The notes under the pieces were generated by a model that saw only the letters and a program-made list of their open reading frames with translations, had not been told where the DNA came from and searched no databases. A stretch of 64,000 bases of DNA from Paludibacteraceae bacterium (lineage in GTDB: Bacteria > Bacteroidota > Bacteroidia > Bacteroidales > Paludibacteraceae), in the NCBI GenBank assembly GCA_017443145.1, contig JAFSPA010000010.1:2878-66877 (forward strand), written 5' to 3'. This document shows, piece by piece, positions 17,703 to 27,763 of the stretch. The first letter of the stretch is position 1, and each line of letters starts with the position of its first letter. Made by a program: the position numbers and the translations under genes.

Positions 17703-18835
17703 GACTGGAAGATATGGTGTATGAGTTGTTGTCCTTTAGTATGGTTATCGTAATGCGCAGAGAGGGTAGCAACACGCAGTTGCTTGTCCTCGGTGCTGAC
17801 AGGGTGTGTGAAGTATTGCTGACAGAGGGTCACTATCTCGTCGGCGTTGTTACCGATATGGCAGAGTGGTGCAACGTCTGTGCCGGTGACCATCTTGTCG
17901 TTGACGATGACATGACGACCCTGGTAGAGCACATTGAGCAGTTTGAGTTTGAGGCCCGTAGCTTGTTCGGTGAGCAGTAAGTGTATCTGCGCGTCGGTAA
18001 CTAAACGGTTCATCTCGGCGCTGTTGGGATTAGCTACCAGCGTCGCGTTCGGCGTGCGGGAGATGATATCGTCCAAGAGATGATGGTGGTACCTGCCGGC
18101 AAGGATAAACGGTATCTGCGGCAAGCGAGACGCGATATCGCGCAGGATAATCTCTGCCGCGTTGTAGTTCTCCGCCACATCCAAGTTGCCGTGGTAGAGG
18201 ATGTATCTGCCTTTTCCGTCGGGGATGGAAACCTCGTTATTCGGATGGAAGGACGGTAGGTAGTAGGTTGGCACGTTGGGATAATGCTTACGGAAATGTG
18301 CCTCGTCCTGATGGGCTACCGCCAAGATGGCCTGCGCATGACTTACGCAAGACTCGAAACGACGCAAACGGATTGCATCTGCCCATAAATAGAGTTTCTT
18401 GCCCAACTGTCTGGCAGCCTTGGATAACGCCATATAGTAGTCGTGCTCAATATTGCTCTCGCGGAAGATTTTTGTCCGTTTTTGTAAAGCCGGGTGGCTG
18501 AGTAAAGCGCAGGAGACGAGACCCTCAAAGAGTATCGGCGCATCGTCCTGCAGCAAGTTAGTCAGTAGCTCGTTCGACTCGCGGGAACATACCGCAAAAG
18601 GCTTGCAGCGCAGCATCTGCATAAACGACATGTCGCGCTTGTAGTAATAGACCCTGCGGCAGAGGTTTTCTAATTGGGGATGATGCTGTAGTTCGCCCTT
18701 GTAGAAACAATGCAGGTCGATAGCCACTCCGGCCTGAGACAGCGCTTGGATAGAGTAGAACACATCAATCACACCGCCGTAAGTAGCAGGATAGGGGATA
18801 TCGAACGAGATAATATGTACGTGGTTAGCAGACAT
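17699..18835 (-). CDS. Glycosyltransferase (GT-B, family 1/4-like)
   Basis: N-terminus HIISFDIPYPATYGGVIDVF. About 380 aa with a GT-B-like C-terminal half. The start (MSANH) overlaps the upstream stop. Confidence 0.6.
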   Translation of the reverse strand: MSANHVHIISFDIPYPATYGGVIDVFYSIQALSQAGVAIDLHCFYKGELQHHPQLENLCRRVYYYKRDMSFMQMLRCKPFAVCSRESNELLTNLLQDDAPILFEGLVSCALLSHPALQKRTKIFRESNIEHDYYMALSKAARQLGKKLYLWADAIRLRRFESCVSHAQAILAVAHQDEAHFRKHYPNVPTYYLPSFHPNNEVSIPDGKGRYILYHGNLDVAENYNAAEIILRDIASRLPQIPFILAGRYHHHLLDDIISRTPNATLVANPNSAEMNRLVTDAQIHLLLTEQATGLKLKLLNVLYQGRHVIVNDKMVTGTDVAPLCHIGNNADEIVTLCQQYFTHPVSTEDKQLRVATLSAHYDNHTKGQQLIHHIFQS

Positions 18836-20048
18836 CGTCAAAGATGGATTCAAATTGTCGGGCTTGGTATTGGCGCGTGAAGATATGTTTATCGGAAACC
18901 GTCTGACGGGTAAAGCCGTTGGCTTGCCAGATGGCGTATTGTTCGGTGAGGAAAGACTTTATCTCTTCGACGTTCTGTGCCGCGATACCGATACCTGTTT
19001 GTGCGATGAGCTTAGCGAGTTCGTCGTTGTCGGACGGTATCAGCATAAACGGTTTCTCAACGCCGATGGCCTCAAACACTTTGGTACCTAAGATGCCGTG
19101 TTGTTTTTCGGATGCCGGTGCTCCCAGTGCCAGGAGGATAGATGCCTGCGTAAGAACTTGGTAGGTCTTCTTGCGTGAAACGAAGTCGTGTATATGCAGG
19201 AACGCTTCTGCTCCGTATTGTTTGGCTTGTCGGGTAAGTGACTTGGCGAAATGCGGTTCGCAGTAGAAGTCCAGCGAGAGGTGATCGGCAATCGGTGAGT
19301 GGTAACGCGCCAGTTCGCCAACGGCTTGGAAGAGCAGTTGCGGTTGCCGCAGTTTGAGGTTGATGAGGCGTCCTGTAAAAGCAATGCTGAACGAGGAGGA
19401 CGGTGTGTCTTTGGGTGCCATCTCGCGCTCGTCGTAGCCGTTATAGATAAGGGACATAGGCACAGGGACTTGTGCTTGCAGACATTGGCAGTGCCAGTTA
19501 GATACGGTCGTTACGTGTGCTGCGTGACTAAGGCACTTATTGCGGTGACGGATACAACGTCTCTCGTAGGCTTTGGCCAGTAGTCGCTCGAGGCCAAAGA
19601 GTTTAGGCAGCTGTGTGGTGAAATAAGGTGTCTTACCAAACTGCTCTGCTATATCGCGCACATCTGCTACGAAAGGTATATGCCACGCCTTACTGAGAGA
19701 GTAAGCTGTCTTGAGCGGGAAATAATAGAATGTCGAGCAGAAGATGAGGTCAAAGTCTGCCGCGCTGAATTGGGAGAGCAGGAGTTTGGTGAACTGCCGC
19801 TCTCGCGCGAAGAAGAGCTTGTCCGCTATCCGTTTGTTCAGATGCGTGAGGAAAGACAGGTCTTCGGGCAGATAGGTCATGTTGACTTGTCGGCACATGG
19901 TGGTCCAATACTCCTGTCCTGCGAGATTGTCGGAAGCTAAAGTGCATGTCCAACCGTCCTGCTGGAGGTAGTGAATCATCGACGTGAGCCGCGGTGCGAA
20001 CGACGGCGCAAGGATAGCATCGGATAATATGAGTATGCGTTTAGGCAT
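18825..20048 (-). CDS. Glycosyltransferase (GT-B, family 4-like)
   Basis: The start is set at MPKRILILSD (20048), an 8-nt overlap with the upstream gene. C-terminal motif GILGTKVFEAIGVEKPFMLIP. Confidence 0.55.
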   Translation of the reverse strand: MPKRILILSDAILAPSFAPRLTSMIHYLQQDGWTCTLASDNLAGQEYWTTMCRQVNMTYLPEDLSFLTHLNKRIADKLFFARERQFTKLLLSQFSAADFDLIFCSTFYYFPLKTAYSLSKAWHIPFVADVRDIAEQFGKTPYFTTQLPKLFGLERLLAKAYERRCIRHRNKCLSHAAHVTTVSNWHCQCLQAQVPVPMSLIYNGYDEREMAPKDTPSSSFSIAFTGRLINLKLRQPQLLFQAVGELARYHSPIADHLSLDFYCEPHFAKSLTRQAKQYGAEAFLHIHDFVSRKKTYQVLTQASILLALGAPASEKQHGILGTKVFEAIGVEKPFMLIPSDNDELAKLIAQTGIGIAAQNVEEIKSFLTEQYAIWQANGFTRQTVSDKHIFTRQYQARQFESIFDDVC

Positions 20049-21186
20049 TGATGATCTTGAGCATTTTGGGGTATAACGCCTTGTGGTAGGTGTTGTGGAA
20101 TATATGATTGTGCCAAAGCAGACATAAATCACCGTGGTGCATCTTCACTTTCGCGAACAGTTGCTCGCAGAGGAAGTAGGCTTCGTCCTCGGTGAGATTC
20201 ATGTAGTTGTCGTTACTGAGCGTGCAATCCATAACGGTTAACGGATGAAGAGTTAACGATGTAAGAGTAAAGGTGAGCGGATTGATCCATCTCACGGCAC
20301 GAGTAGTTTGCAAGCGGAAACCGGCTTGGTCGGCAAAGCCCATCGTGAAATCGTCGGTGATGCCGCTGTCGGCGAGTCGCTGCATCTGGTTGATGTCGCA
20401 ACGCAGATAGTGACTACGATGGAGGGTGTAGTGCTCGGGATTGATGATGTCGCCATAGTAGGAAGAGTGCAAACCGAGTTGGGCTTTGTTGCGCTTGAGG
20501 TAAGTTTTGAGGCGCTTCCAGTCTTTTCCGCGCAGCTTATACTGCGGATAGTCGTATCCTTTTCCGTGCGTGTGCTTGACGAAATAAATACTCTCTGCTG
20601 TAGGAATAGTCTTGTCCTGCTTGACTATCCATGGAAACGTATAGGCGGGATCTAAGTGTATGTCCTCGAGCGCGTCTAAGACCGGATCCATACCGGCTAT
20701 CAGCCAACCGCCAATGAATCCGCGCAGGTGGCGGTAATGGGCAATGGTGTCGATATCGTGCGTGAGATAGATGCGGTTGAAACCAGCTTGCGGTAAGGGC
20801 AGCTCGAGCATCTTTAGGATACCGCGCGCATATTCGTCGAGCAAAGGAATCTGCAGGTTGTTATGCTGGCCTAAGATAGAGTGCTTTGCGAGAAAACGTC
20901 CGTGCTCGTCGCGCTCGGAAACCAGCAGCTCCTCGGCGCGGGAGATAAAGAAGAACGCGGCATAGATGATGTCGTTGTGAATGATGTAGGTCTTGTCCTG
21001 TTTGGTCGATTGAATCGGGTCCATCGTAGGATAGACAATGTCCTTACCGAGGTGACCATTGGGGATGATCACTACGCGGTAGTTGGACCACAGTGTTTGG
21101 TCCGCGGTGTAACCGATCTGCTTGGCTGCTTTCTCGTCGCCGTAAGTCAGAAAGGATTTGAGGTAGTTTAGTATTCCTTCGTTCAT
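20041..21186 (-). CDS. Hypothetical protein, possibly polysaccharide-deacetylase-like
   Basis: The true start is taken as MNEGILNYLK (21186). The ORF-track N-terminal extension runs through an 11-bp tandem repeat. Motifs IYAAFFFISRAEE and THDIDT resemble CE4-associated families; this comes from a weak recollection. Confidence 0.4.
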   Translation of the reverse strand: MNEGILNYLKSFLTYGDEKAAKQIGYTADQTLWSNYRVVIIPNGHLGKDIVYPTMDPIQSTKQDKTYIIHNDIIYAAFFFISRAEELLVSERDEHGRFLAKHSILGQHNNLQIPLLDEYARGILKMLELPLPQAGFNRIYLTHDIDTIAHYRHLRGFIGGWLIAGMDPVLDALEDIHLDPAYTFPWIVKQDKTIPTAESIYFVKHTHGKGYDYPQYKLRGKDWKRLKTYLKRNKAQLGLHSSYYGDIINPEHYTLHRSHYLRCDINQMQRLADSGITDDFTMGFADQAGFRLQTTRAVRWINPLTFTLTSLTLHPLTVMDCTLSNDNYMNLTEDEAYFLCEQLFAKVKMHHGDLCLLWHNHIFHNTYHKALYPKMLKIINA

Positions 21187-21218
21187 CTTATTGTTATCTT
21201 TGTCTTCAGTTATCTTAA

Positions 21219-21273
21219 TCGTCCGTGTATCGTCCGTGTATCGACCGTGTATCGACCGTGTATCGTCCGTGGG
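21219..21273. repeat. 11-bp tandem repeat (TCGTCCGTGTA)2(TCGACCGTGTA)2 TCGTCCGTGGG
   Basis: Five units, 10 nt downstream of the ABC-F stop on the minus strand and upstream of the next gene start. Confidence 0.95.
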
Positions 21274-21283
21274 GAACTGGTGG

Positions 21284-23062
21284 CTACTCGGATAGTATCT
21301 CCCATTCGTAGAGTTTTTGTTTGATGGAGTGTTTGATATGTTCGTATTTGGCAAAGTTGTCCGGTGTTTGGTTGGCGGGATTGTTGAGGAGTGCTTCCAT
21401 GTCGGCCTGTTGTTGCTCAAGGCGTGCTATCTCGGCTTCGGTGTCTGCAATCTGGCGCTCTTTCTTGCGTTTGGCGGCAGCTTCTGCCTTCTGGGCTTCG
21501 TAGTCGGCTTTAGAGGAACCAGTCGACTTAGGAGTATTAGGTTGACTGGACGGCCGAGAGATCTCGAGTTCCTGGAGGGAGGAAATCTTCTTTGTGCGCA
21601 GGAAGTCGTAGATACCGCCTATATGTTCGCGGACGTGTCCACCGCCGAACTCGTAGACTTTTTGCACGAGCCCATCAAGGAAATCGCGGTCGTGGCTGAC
21701 GCAGATGACGGTGCCGTTGAAGTCCTTAAGTGCATCCTTGAGGATGTCTTTGGATTGCATATCGAGGTGGTTGGTCGGCTCGTCGAGGATAAGCAGGTTA
21801 CACGGCTCAAGCAGTAAGCGAATCATTGCCAGACGACTCCGTTCGCCACCAGAGAGGACTTTGACTTTCTTGTCGCTGGCTTCGCCACCAAACATAAACG
21901 CGCCGAGGATATCGCGAATCTTTGTGCGTATATCTCCTACGGCAACATAGTCAATCGTCTCGAAGACAGTGAGGTTCCCGTCGAGTAGGGAGGCTTGATT
22001 CTGCGCGAAGTAGCCTATCTTGACGTTGTGACCTATCTTGAGCGTGCCGAAGTAGTCGAGTTGTCCCATTATGCAGCGTACGAGCGTGGTCTTACCTTCT
22101 CCGTTCTTACCGACAAACGCTACTTTCTCTCCGCGACGGATAGTGAGATTGACGTCTTGAATGACGGTGTGCGTGCCGTAATCTTTGCGCAGGTCTTGGA
22201 TGATAAGCGGGAAGTCTCCGCTGCGGGGCGCAGGAGGGAAACGCAGGTTGAGACGTGACGTGTCTTCGATATCCACTTCGAGTCGCTCGAGCTTATTGAG
22301 TTGCTTGATGCGCGATTGTACCTGCACGGCTTTGGTTGCCTTGTAGCGGAAGCGTTCAATAAAGTCCTCTGTCTCCTGAATCATCTTCTGCTGGTTCATG
22401 TAAGCGCGCACTTGTTGGTCGTGACGCTCCTGACGCAAGACGACGAACTTGGAGTAGTTGACGTCGTAGTCGTATATGCGGCCGAGGGTTATTTCGATGG
22501 TGCGGTTGGTGACATTGTCGATAAACGCGCGGTCGTGGCTGACGACGATGACCGCATTCGGACTTGTTTTGAGGAATGTCTCGAGCCACTGGATAGACTC
22601 TATGTCGAGATGGTTCGTCGGCTCGTCGAGTAAGAGTAAGTCGGGATGACGAAGTAGGATCTTGGCCAGTTCGATACGCATTCTCCATCCGCCTGAGAAC
22701 TCGCTGCAGGGTCGGTCAAAGTCCTTACGCTCAAAGCCGAGACCGATGATTGTTCGGTCCATCTCGGCAATGAATCGCGCCTCGTCTTCGCCGTGGAAGA
22801 TAGTCATCACCTCTTCGCGTAGTGTGCGGTCGTCCTGAAAGAGCATGACCTGCGGCAGATAGCCGATAGTGAGGTCAGCGTCCTTAGAAATCGTACCTGC
22901 AGTAGGCTGATACTCGCCCGCAATGAGACGAAGCAGAGTTGTTTTACCGGCTCCGTTCTTACCCACCAAGGCGATACGGTCTTTCTTATTGACCAAGAAA
23001 GAGATGTCGTCCAGAATGGGTCGCGACGAGAATTCTATACTGAGGTGATCGATACTAAGCAT
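21284..23062 (-). CDS. ABC-F family ATPase (translation-factor type, no TM domain)
   Basis: Two Walker A motifs (GKNGAGKTT, GKNGEGKTT), two signature motifs (LSGGWRMR, LSGGERSR), an inter-domain linker and a C-terminal coiled coil. Confidence 0.9.
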   Translation of the reverse strand: MLSIDHLSIEFSSRPILDDISFLVNKKDRIALVGKNGAGKTTLLRLIAGEYQPTAGTISKDADLTIGYLPQVMLFQDDRTLREEVMTIFHGEDEARFIAEMDRTIIGLGFERKDFDRPCSEFSGGWRMRIELAKILLRHPDLLLLDEPTNHLDIESIQWLETFLKTSPNAVIVVSHDRAFIDNVTNRTIEITLGRIYDYDVNYSKFVVLRQERHDQQVRAYMNQQKMIQETEDFIERFRYKATKAVQVQSRIKQLNKLERLEVDIEDTSRLNLRFPPAPRSGDFPLIIQDLRKDYGTHTVIQDVNLTIRRGEKVAFVGKNGEGKTTLVRCIMGQLDYFGTLKIGHNVKIGYFAQNQASLLDGNLTVFETIDYVAVGDIRTKIRDILGAFMFGGEASDKKVKVLSGGERSRLAMIRLLLEPCNLLILDEPTNHLDMQSKDILKDALKDFNGTVICVSHDRDFLDGLVQKVYEFGGGHVREHIGGIYDFLRTKKISSLQELEISRPSSQPNTPKSTGSSKADYEAQKAEAAAKRKKERQIADTEAEIARLEQQQADMEALLNNPANQTPDNFAKYEHIKHSIKQKLYEWEILSE

Positions 23063-23076
23063 GTGGCGGATGAAGG

Positions 23077-25032
23077 CTACTTGTCGAGCTGTTCGTAAAC
23101 GGAGTTCTTACTGATGTACTCGGGCACTATCTCCTTCATCTTCTGTACGGTCATGAAGGGTTTATTGTGCGCAGTGAGCTCGATGAGTTGGTCGATGTTC
23201 TTACTTACTTCGTCGAACGGGAACTCGCGCACTCGAGCGACCATGATCTTCTCGTTATCGGTCGGGATAGTGGTCTCTTTCTGGTTGAGTAACTCCTCGT
23301 AGAGTTTCTCGCCGGGACGCAGGCCGGTAAAGGTGATAGGTATCTCTTTTCCGGGCACATATCCAGCCAAACGTATCATGTTCTTTGCCAAATCGAGGAT
23401 TTTGACCGGTCTGCCCATATCGAAGACGAATATCTCGCCACCGTTGCCGAGCGTAGAAGCTTCCATAACGAGACAGCAAGCTTCGGGGATGGTCATGAAG
23501 TAACGAATGATATCGGGGTGCGTGACGGTGACAGGTCCACCAGCCGCAATCTGTTTCTTGAAGTACGGAATGACGCTGCCGTTAGAGCCGAGGACGTTAC
23601 CAAAACGGGTGGTAATGAACTTGGTGCAGTTGGGGTTCTCTTTCTGCAGTTTCTTGAAGAGCGATTGTACGTATATCTCCGCAATACGCTTGCTGGTACC
23701 CATTATATTGGTTGGGTTGACGGCCTTGTCGGTAGATATCATAACGAAGCGTTCAACTCCATATTTGACCGCCATGTCTGCCATATTTTTTGTGCCTAAT
23801 ACGTTGGCACGAACCGCCTCGTTCGGGTGGCTCTCCATTAGCGGTACGTGCTTATATGCGGCAGCGTGATAGACCACATCCGGACGGAAGTCCATGAAGA
23901 CTTCCTCAATGCGCTCACGATTGCGCACATCGGCTATGATAGGGATAAAGCGCGTGTTTGGGAACTTATTGCTCAAGTCCAGTTTGAGGTCGTGCAACGG
24001 CGACTCGGCTTGCTCGAGAAGGATGATAGCCTTCGGGTTGTATTTCTGCACTTGTCGTACGAGTTCGCTACCGATACTACCAGCTGCGCCGGTAACCATC
24101 ACCACTTTCTTGCTGATGATATTGCGCACATTCTCGGTGTTGATCTTGATGGTCGGGCGCTCCAAAAGATCCTCAATCTGGATAGAGTCGATACGCACCA
24201 TTCGTTTGATATCTGAATCCGAGTTGCCGTCGAACGCTGTGAAATAGGGCGTTGTGAGGATGTGGATATTGTTCTCGATAAGTAGTTGCAGGTCCTTGGC
24301 AGGATTAATCTCCTGCATCTTTATCGGTGAGACAATCACATGTCGGATGTTGCGGCTCTCCATATAGTCGATGAGCTTCTGGTTGAGCGGGAAGACGTGC
24401 ATACCGACCAGTTCGAAGTGCTGTTTATCGTTCGGGTCGCAGATGAAACCGACCGGACGATACGGGGTGTTTCCGGCACTGCGGAGCATTTTCGCGATTG
24501 CTATACCTGCGGCTTTAGTGCCATAAATGAGCACTTTGGGATTGCCGGCAGAGTGCTGCAGTGTTTCGTAAAGTGTCTTGACGCCTACACGTAGGCAGAA
24601 GAGTAACACAAAAGCGACTAAAATATAGATGATAATCACCGTGTCGAGGAAATACTTTTGTCCAATTATAGGGCGAAGGATAAAGTTGTTGGTTAATAGC
24701 AACACCGCTCCGTTCAGGAGGACAGAGAACAAGATTTTGAGTGTATCCACAAAGGTGGAGTAGCGCAAGATACCGGAGTAGGTGTGGAAAATCCAGAAGC
24801 AGATTATTTGCACGCCAACGGTACTAAGGCACTGTACCCACAGGGTCATGTCTTTGCCGAGTTCTTGGTACTCAAACACTCCTTTACCGATGAGCACACT
24901 CACCCAGAAGGCTATCAAGCAGATGAGTACGTCCAGAAGGAGAACACTCCAGCGTGGCAGATAACCTAAGCCTGAAACATGGGAAAGCATGTCCGAATGA
25001 CGGAGTTCTTTCATTTTATTTGTCAGCATCAT
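23077..25032 (-). CDS. Membrane-bound polysaccharide biosynthesis protein, CapD/WbpM-type nucleotide-sugar 4,6-dehydratase
   Basis: Four N-terminal TM helices, VMVTGAAGSIGSEL, YHAAAYKHVP and STDKAVNP. The start may instead be the Met at 25014. Confidence 0.85.
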   Translation of the reverse strand: MMLTNKMKELRHSDMLSHVSGLGYLPRWSVLLLDVLICLIAFWVSVLIGKGVFEYQELGKDMTLWVQCLSTVGVQIICFWIFHTYSGILRYSTFVDTLKILFSVLLNGAVLLLTNNFILRPIIGQKYFLDTVIIIYILVAFVLLFCLRVGVKTLYETLQHSAGNPKVLIYGTKAAGIAIAKMLRSAGNTPYRPVGFICDPNDKQHFELVGMHVFPLNQKLIDYMESRNIRHVIVSPIKMQEINPAKDLQLLIENNIHILTTPYFTAFDGNSDSDIKRMVRIDSIQIEDLLERPTIKINTENVRNIISKKVVMVTGAAGSIGSELVRQVQKYNPKAIILLEQAESPLHDLKLDLSNKFPNTRFIPIIADVRNRERIEEVFMDFRPDVVYHAAAYKHVPLMESHPNEAVRANVLGTKNMADMAVKYGVERFVMISTDKAVNPTNIMGTSKRIAEIYVQSLFKKLQKENPNCTKFITTRFGNVLGSNGSVIPYFKKQIAAGGPVTVTHPDIIRYFMTIPEACCLVMEASTLGNGGEIFVFDMGRPVKILDLAKNMIRLAGYVPGKEIPITFTGLRPGEKLYEELLNQKETTIPTDNEKIMVARVREFPFDEVSKNIDQLIELTAHNKPFMTVQKMKEIVPEYISKNSVYEQLDK

Positions 25033-27763
25033 AATAAATGTGTTTAAAATATTGTCCTGTATAACTTTTTTCGCATTTGGTTAGTCCTTCGGGTGTACCT
25101 TCGAAGACGATACGTCCGCCTTCTTCTCCGCCTTCCGGCCCTAAGTCAATTATATGGTCAGCTGCTGCGATAACAGCGGCGTTATGTTCGATAACGATGA
25201 CGGTGTGCCCTTTGGATATTAGCGCATTGAGAGCATTAAGCAGTACGTCTATATCCGAATGGTGCAAGCCAGTTGTGGGTTCGTCGAAGACAAAGATCGT
25301 CGGATGGATATTGTCCTGCGCGAGGAAGGAAGCGAGTTTGACACGTTGGCTCTCACCACCAGAGAGCGTGGACGACGATTGTCCGAGCTGGACGTAGCCG
25401 ATACCTACGTCTTGTAGCGGTTTGAGGCGTTGCACTATTTTCTTGCAGTTCGGGTCCTCACTGAAGAACTCTACGGCTTGATTGACGGTCATAGTCAGGA
25501 TGTCGTAGATGGACTTACCGCGGTAGTGAACGTCTAACACGTCTTGTTTAAAGCGTTTGCCGTGACAGTGTTCGCACTCGATGGTTATATTCGCCATGAA
25601 CTGCATCTCGATGGTTATTGTTCCTTCTCCCTGGCACTCTTCGCATCGTCCGCCGGGAGTATTGAAGGAGAAATGTGCCGGCGTGAAGCCCATTTGTTGC
25701 GCGAGTTGCTGTTCGGCAAAGAGTTTGCGTATCTCGTCGTAGGCTTTGAGGTAGGTGACGGGATTGGAGCGTGAGGAACGACTCAGCGGCTGTTGGTCCA
25801 CAAACTCGATGTTCGACACTAAGTGTGTGCTGCCGCTTATACTGCCGTAGTCGCCTGTGCGTTCTGCCACTCCGCCGTAGAACTTCTTAAGCGCAGGGTA
25901 GAGCACTTTGCTCACGAGCGACGACTTACCGCTTCCGCTGACGCCTGTGATGGCTGTCATAACATTAAGCGGGAACTTGACGTTGATGTTCTTGAGGTTA
26001 TTCTCACAAGCTCCGTGCAACTCGATGTAGTTATGCCACGGACGACGGAACTGCGGAATATGGTATACGAAAGGCTTGTTTTGCGGTTCGCCTTGATAGC
26101 ATATCTCTCCGCCGTTTCTTCCGGCACCCTGTCCTATTTCGATGATGTAGTCAGCAGCGCGGATGATGTCCTCATCGTGCTCAACCACTACGATGGTATT
26201 GCCTAAATCACGCAGTTCTTGCAGCACGTGAATCAGTTTGGCTGTATCGCGCGGATGGAGACCTATACTGGGTTCGTCAAGCACGTAGAGTGAACCCACA
26301 AGGCTGCTGCCTAATGATTTGGCGAGGTTGATACGTTGTCCCTCGCCGCCGGAAAGGGTGTTACTCATTCGGCTGAGAGTGAGGTAACTGAGTCCTACAT
26401 CCTCCATAAAACGGAGTCTGGAGCGTATCTCGATGAGCAGTTGTTTGGCTGCTTGTGTTTCGTGTTCCGTGAGCTCGAGTGCATCGAACCATTGGCGTAA
26501 CTCGTCCAACGGCATAGCACAAATCTGACTGATAGACTTACCGTTGATTTGGACGTATTCGGCTTCCGGACGCAAACGGTTCCCTGCGCACTCGGGGCAA
26601 ATAGCCTTTCCGCGGAAACGAGCTAAGATGACCTTATTCTGTATGCTGTTTTGCTTATGCTCTAACTCGCTGAAAAACGTGTTGAGTCCTTTGAAGTAGT
26701 CGTTACCGGTCCACAGCAGTTTCTTTTGTTCCGGAGTAAGGGCATAGTAGGGTGTGTGAATAGGGAAATCAAACTCGGCAGCAGTCATGATAAGCTGTTT
26801 GTTCCATTCGCCTAACTTATCGCCTTTCCAGCAAGTGATAGCTCCGTCGTACACGCTGAGAGACTTATCGGGCACTACTAAGTCCGGGTCGATACCCATT
26901 GTCTGTCCTGTTCCGTTGCAGGAAGGACACGCTCCGATAGGATTATTGAAGTCGAAGAGGTGCTCGCTTGGTTCCTGGAAGAGGATTCCGTCTGCTTCAA
27001 AATGCTCGGAGAAGAGCAGCTCTTTCTCGTTATCGCCGGTTTGTATATGCAGTTTGCAGGTACCGTGCCCCTCGAAGAAAGCTGTCTGTACGGAGTCTGC
27101 AAAGCGGTTTGCGGTGGCTTGTTCGCCATCGGTGATGATACGGTCCACCAGTAGGTAAGTCTTGTGGTCGAACTCCTCTAATCGGTCTTGTGTGTTCTCG
27201 GTGATACGCACTATGTCGCCATCGTGCCACAAGCGGGAGAAGCCTTCCGCCATCCAGATACGCAGTTGTTCTTCGATGCTGCGTCCACCTAACTGAATAG
27301 GCGCTAACAGATAAACCCGGCTGCCGATTGGCTGCTCCATCATCGATTCTACGACATCGCGTACCGTGTGTTTGCGCACCTCGTCTCCACTAATAGGCGA
27401 GTACGTGTGACCTACGCGCGCGAACAAAAGCTTCAGGTAGTCGTATATCTCAGTGACCGTACCCACTGTGGAGCGCGGATTACGATTGGTCACTTTCTGC
27501 TGAATGGCGATCGCCGGCGGGATACCTTCTATGAAGTCCACATCCGGTTTCTGCATTCTGCCAAGGAACTGTCTGGCGTAAGCGCTCAGGCTCTCCACAT
27601 AGCGTCGTTGTCCTTCGGCATAGAGTGTGTCGAACGCCAGCGACGATTTGCCGCTGCCGCTCACACCCGTTATTACAACCAGTTTGTTCTGCGGTATATC
27701 AACCGAGATATTCTTGAGGTTGTGTGTACGAGCACCCCTGATATGTATAAAGTGCTCTGCTAT
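25016..27763 (-). CDS. uvrA: Excinuclease ABC subunit A
   Basis: [28 protein letters not shown], zinc fingers CPSCNGTG and [20 protein letters not shown], and a second ABC module. The 5' end is uncertain: the homologous N-terminus [14 protein letters not shown] is in frame, but no ATG, GTG or TTG lies upstream of 27664. Confidence 0.85.
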   Translation of the reverse strand: MAEHFIHIRGARTHNLKNISVDIPQNKLVVITGVSGSGKSSLAFDTLYAEGQRRYVESLSAYARQFLGRMQKPDVDFIEGIPPAIAIQQKVTNRNPRSTVGTVTEIYDYLKLLFARVGHTYSPISGDEVRKHTVRDVVESMMEQPIGSRVYLLAPIQLGGRSIEEQLRIWMAEGFSRLWHDGDIVRITENTQDRLEEFDHKTYLLVDRIITDGEQATANRFADSVQTAFFEGHGTCKLHIQTGDNEKELLFSEHFEADGILFQEPSEHLFDFNNPIGACPSCNGTGQTMGIDPDLVVPDKSLSVYDGAITCWKGDKLGEWNKQLIMTAAEFDFPIHTPYYALTPEQKKLLWTGNDYFKGLNTFFSELEHKQNSIQNKVILARFRGKAICPECAGNRLRPEAEYVQINGKSISQICAMPLDELRQWFDALELTEHETQAAKQLLIEIRSRLRFMEDVGLSYLTLSRMSNTLSGGEGQRINLAKSLGSSLVGSLYVLDEPSIGLHPRDTAKLIHVLQELRDLGNTIVVVEHDEDIIRAADYIIEIGQGAGRNGGEICYQGEPQNKPFVYHIPQFRRPWHNYIELHGACENNLKNINVKFPLNVMTAITGVSGSGKSSLVSKVLYPALKKFYGGVAERTGDYGSISGSTHLVSNIEFVDQQPLSRSSRSNPVTYLKAYDEIRKLFAEQQLAQQMGFTPAHFSFNTPGGRCEECQGEGTITIEMQFMANITIECEHCHGKRFKQDVLDVHYRGKSIYDILTMTVNQAVEFFSEDPNCKKIVQRLKPLQDVGIGYVQLGQSSSTLSGGESQRVKLASFLAQDNIHPTIFVFDEPTTGLHHSDIDVLLNALNALISKGHTVIVIEHNAAVIAAADHIIDLGPEGGEEGGRIVFEGTPEGLTKCEKSYTGQYFKHIYYDADK

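Noticed and set aside
20041-21420. N-terminal extensions given by the ORF track. Examples are this ORF (78 extra codons), 41707, 32748, 50455, 56600, 12973, 52223 and 18825..20132.
   Set aside because: The extensions read through promoters or tandem repeats and give non-protein-like sequence. Internal Met codons downstream of TAnnTTTG boxes, or overlapping the upstream stop, give the conserved N-termini.
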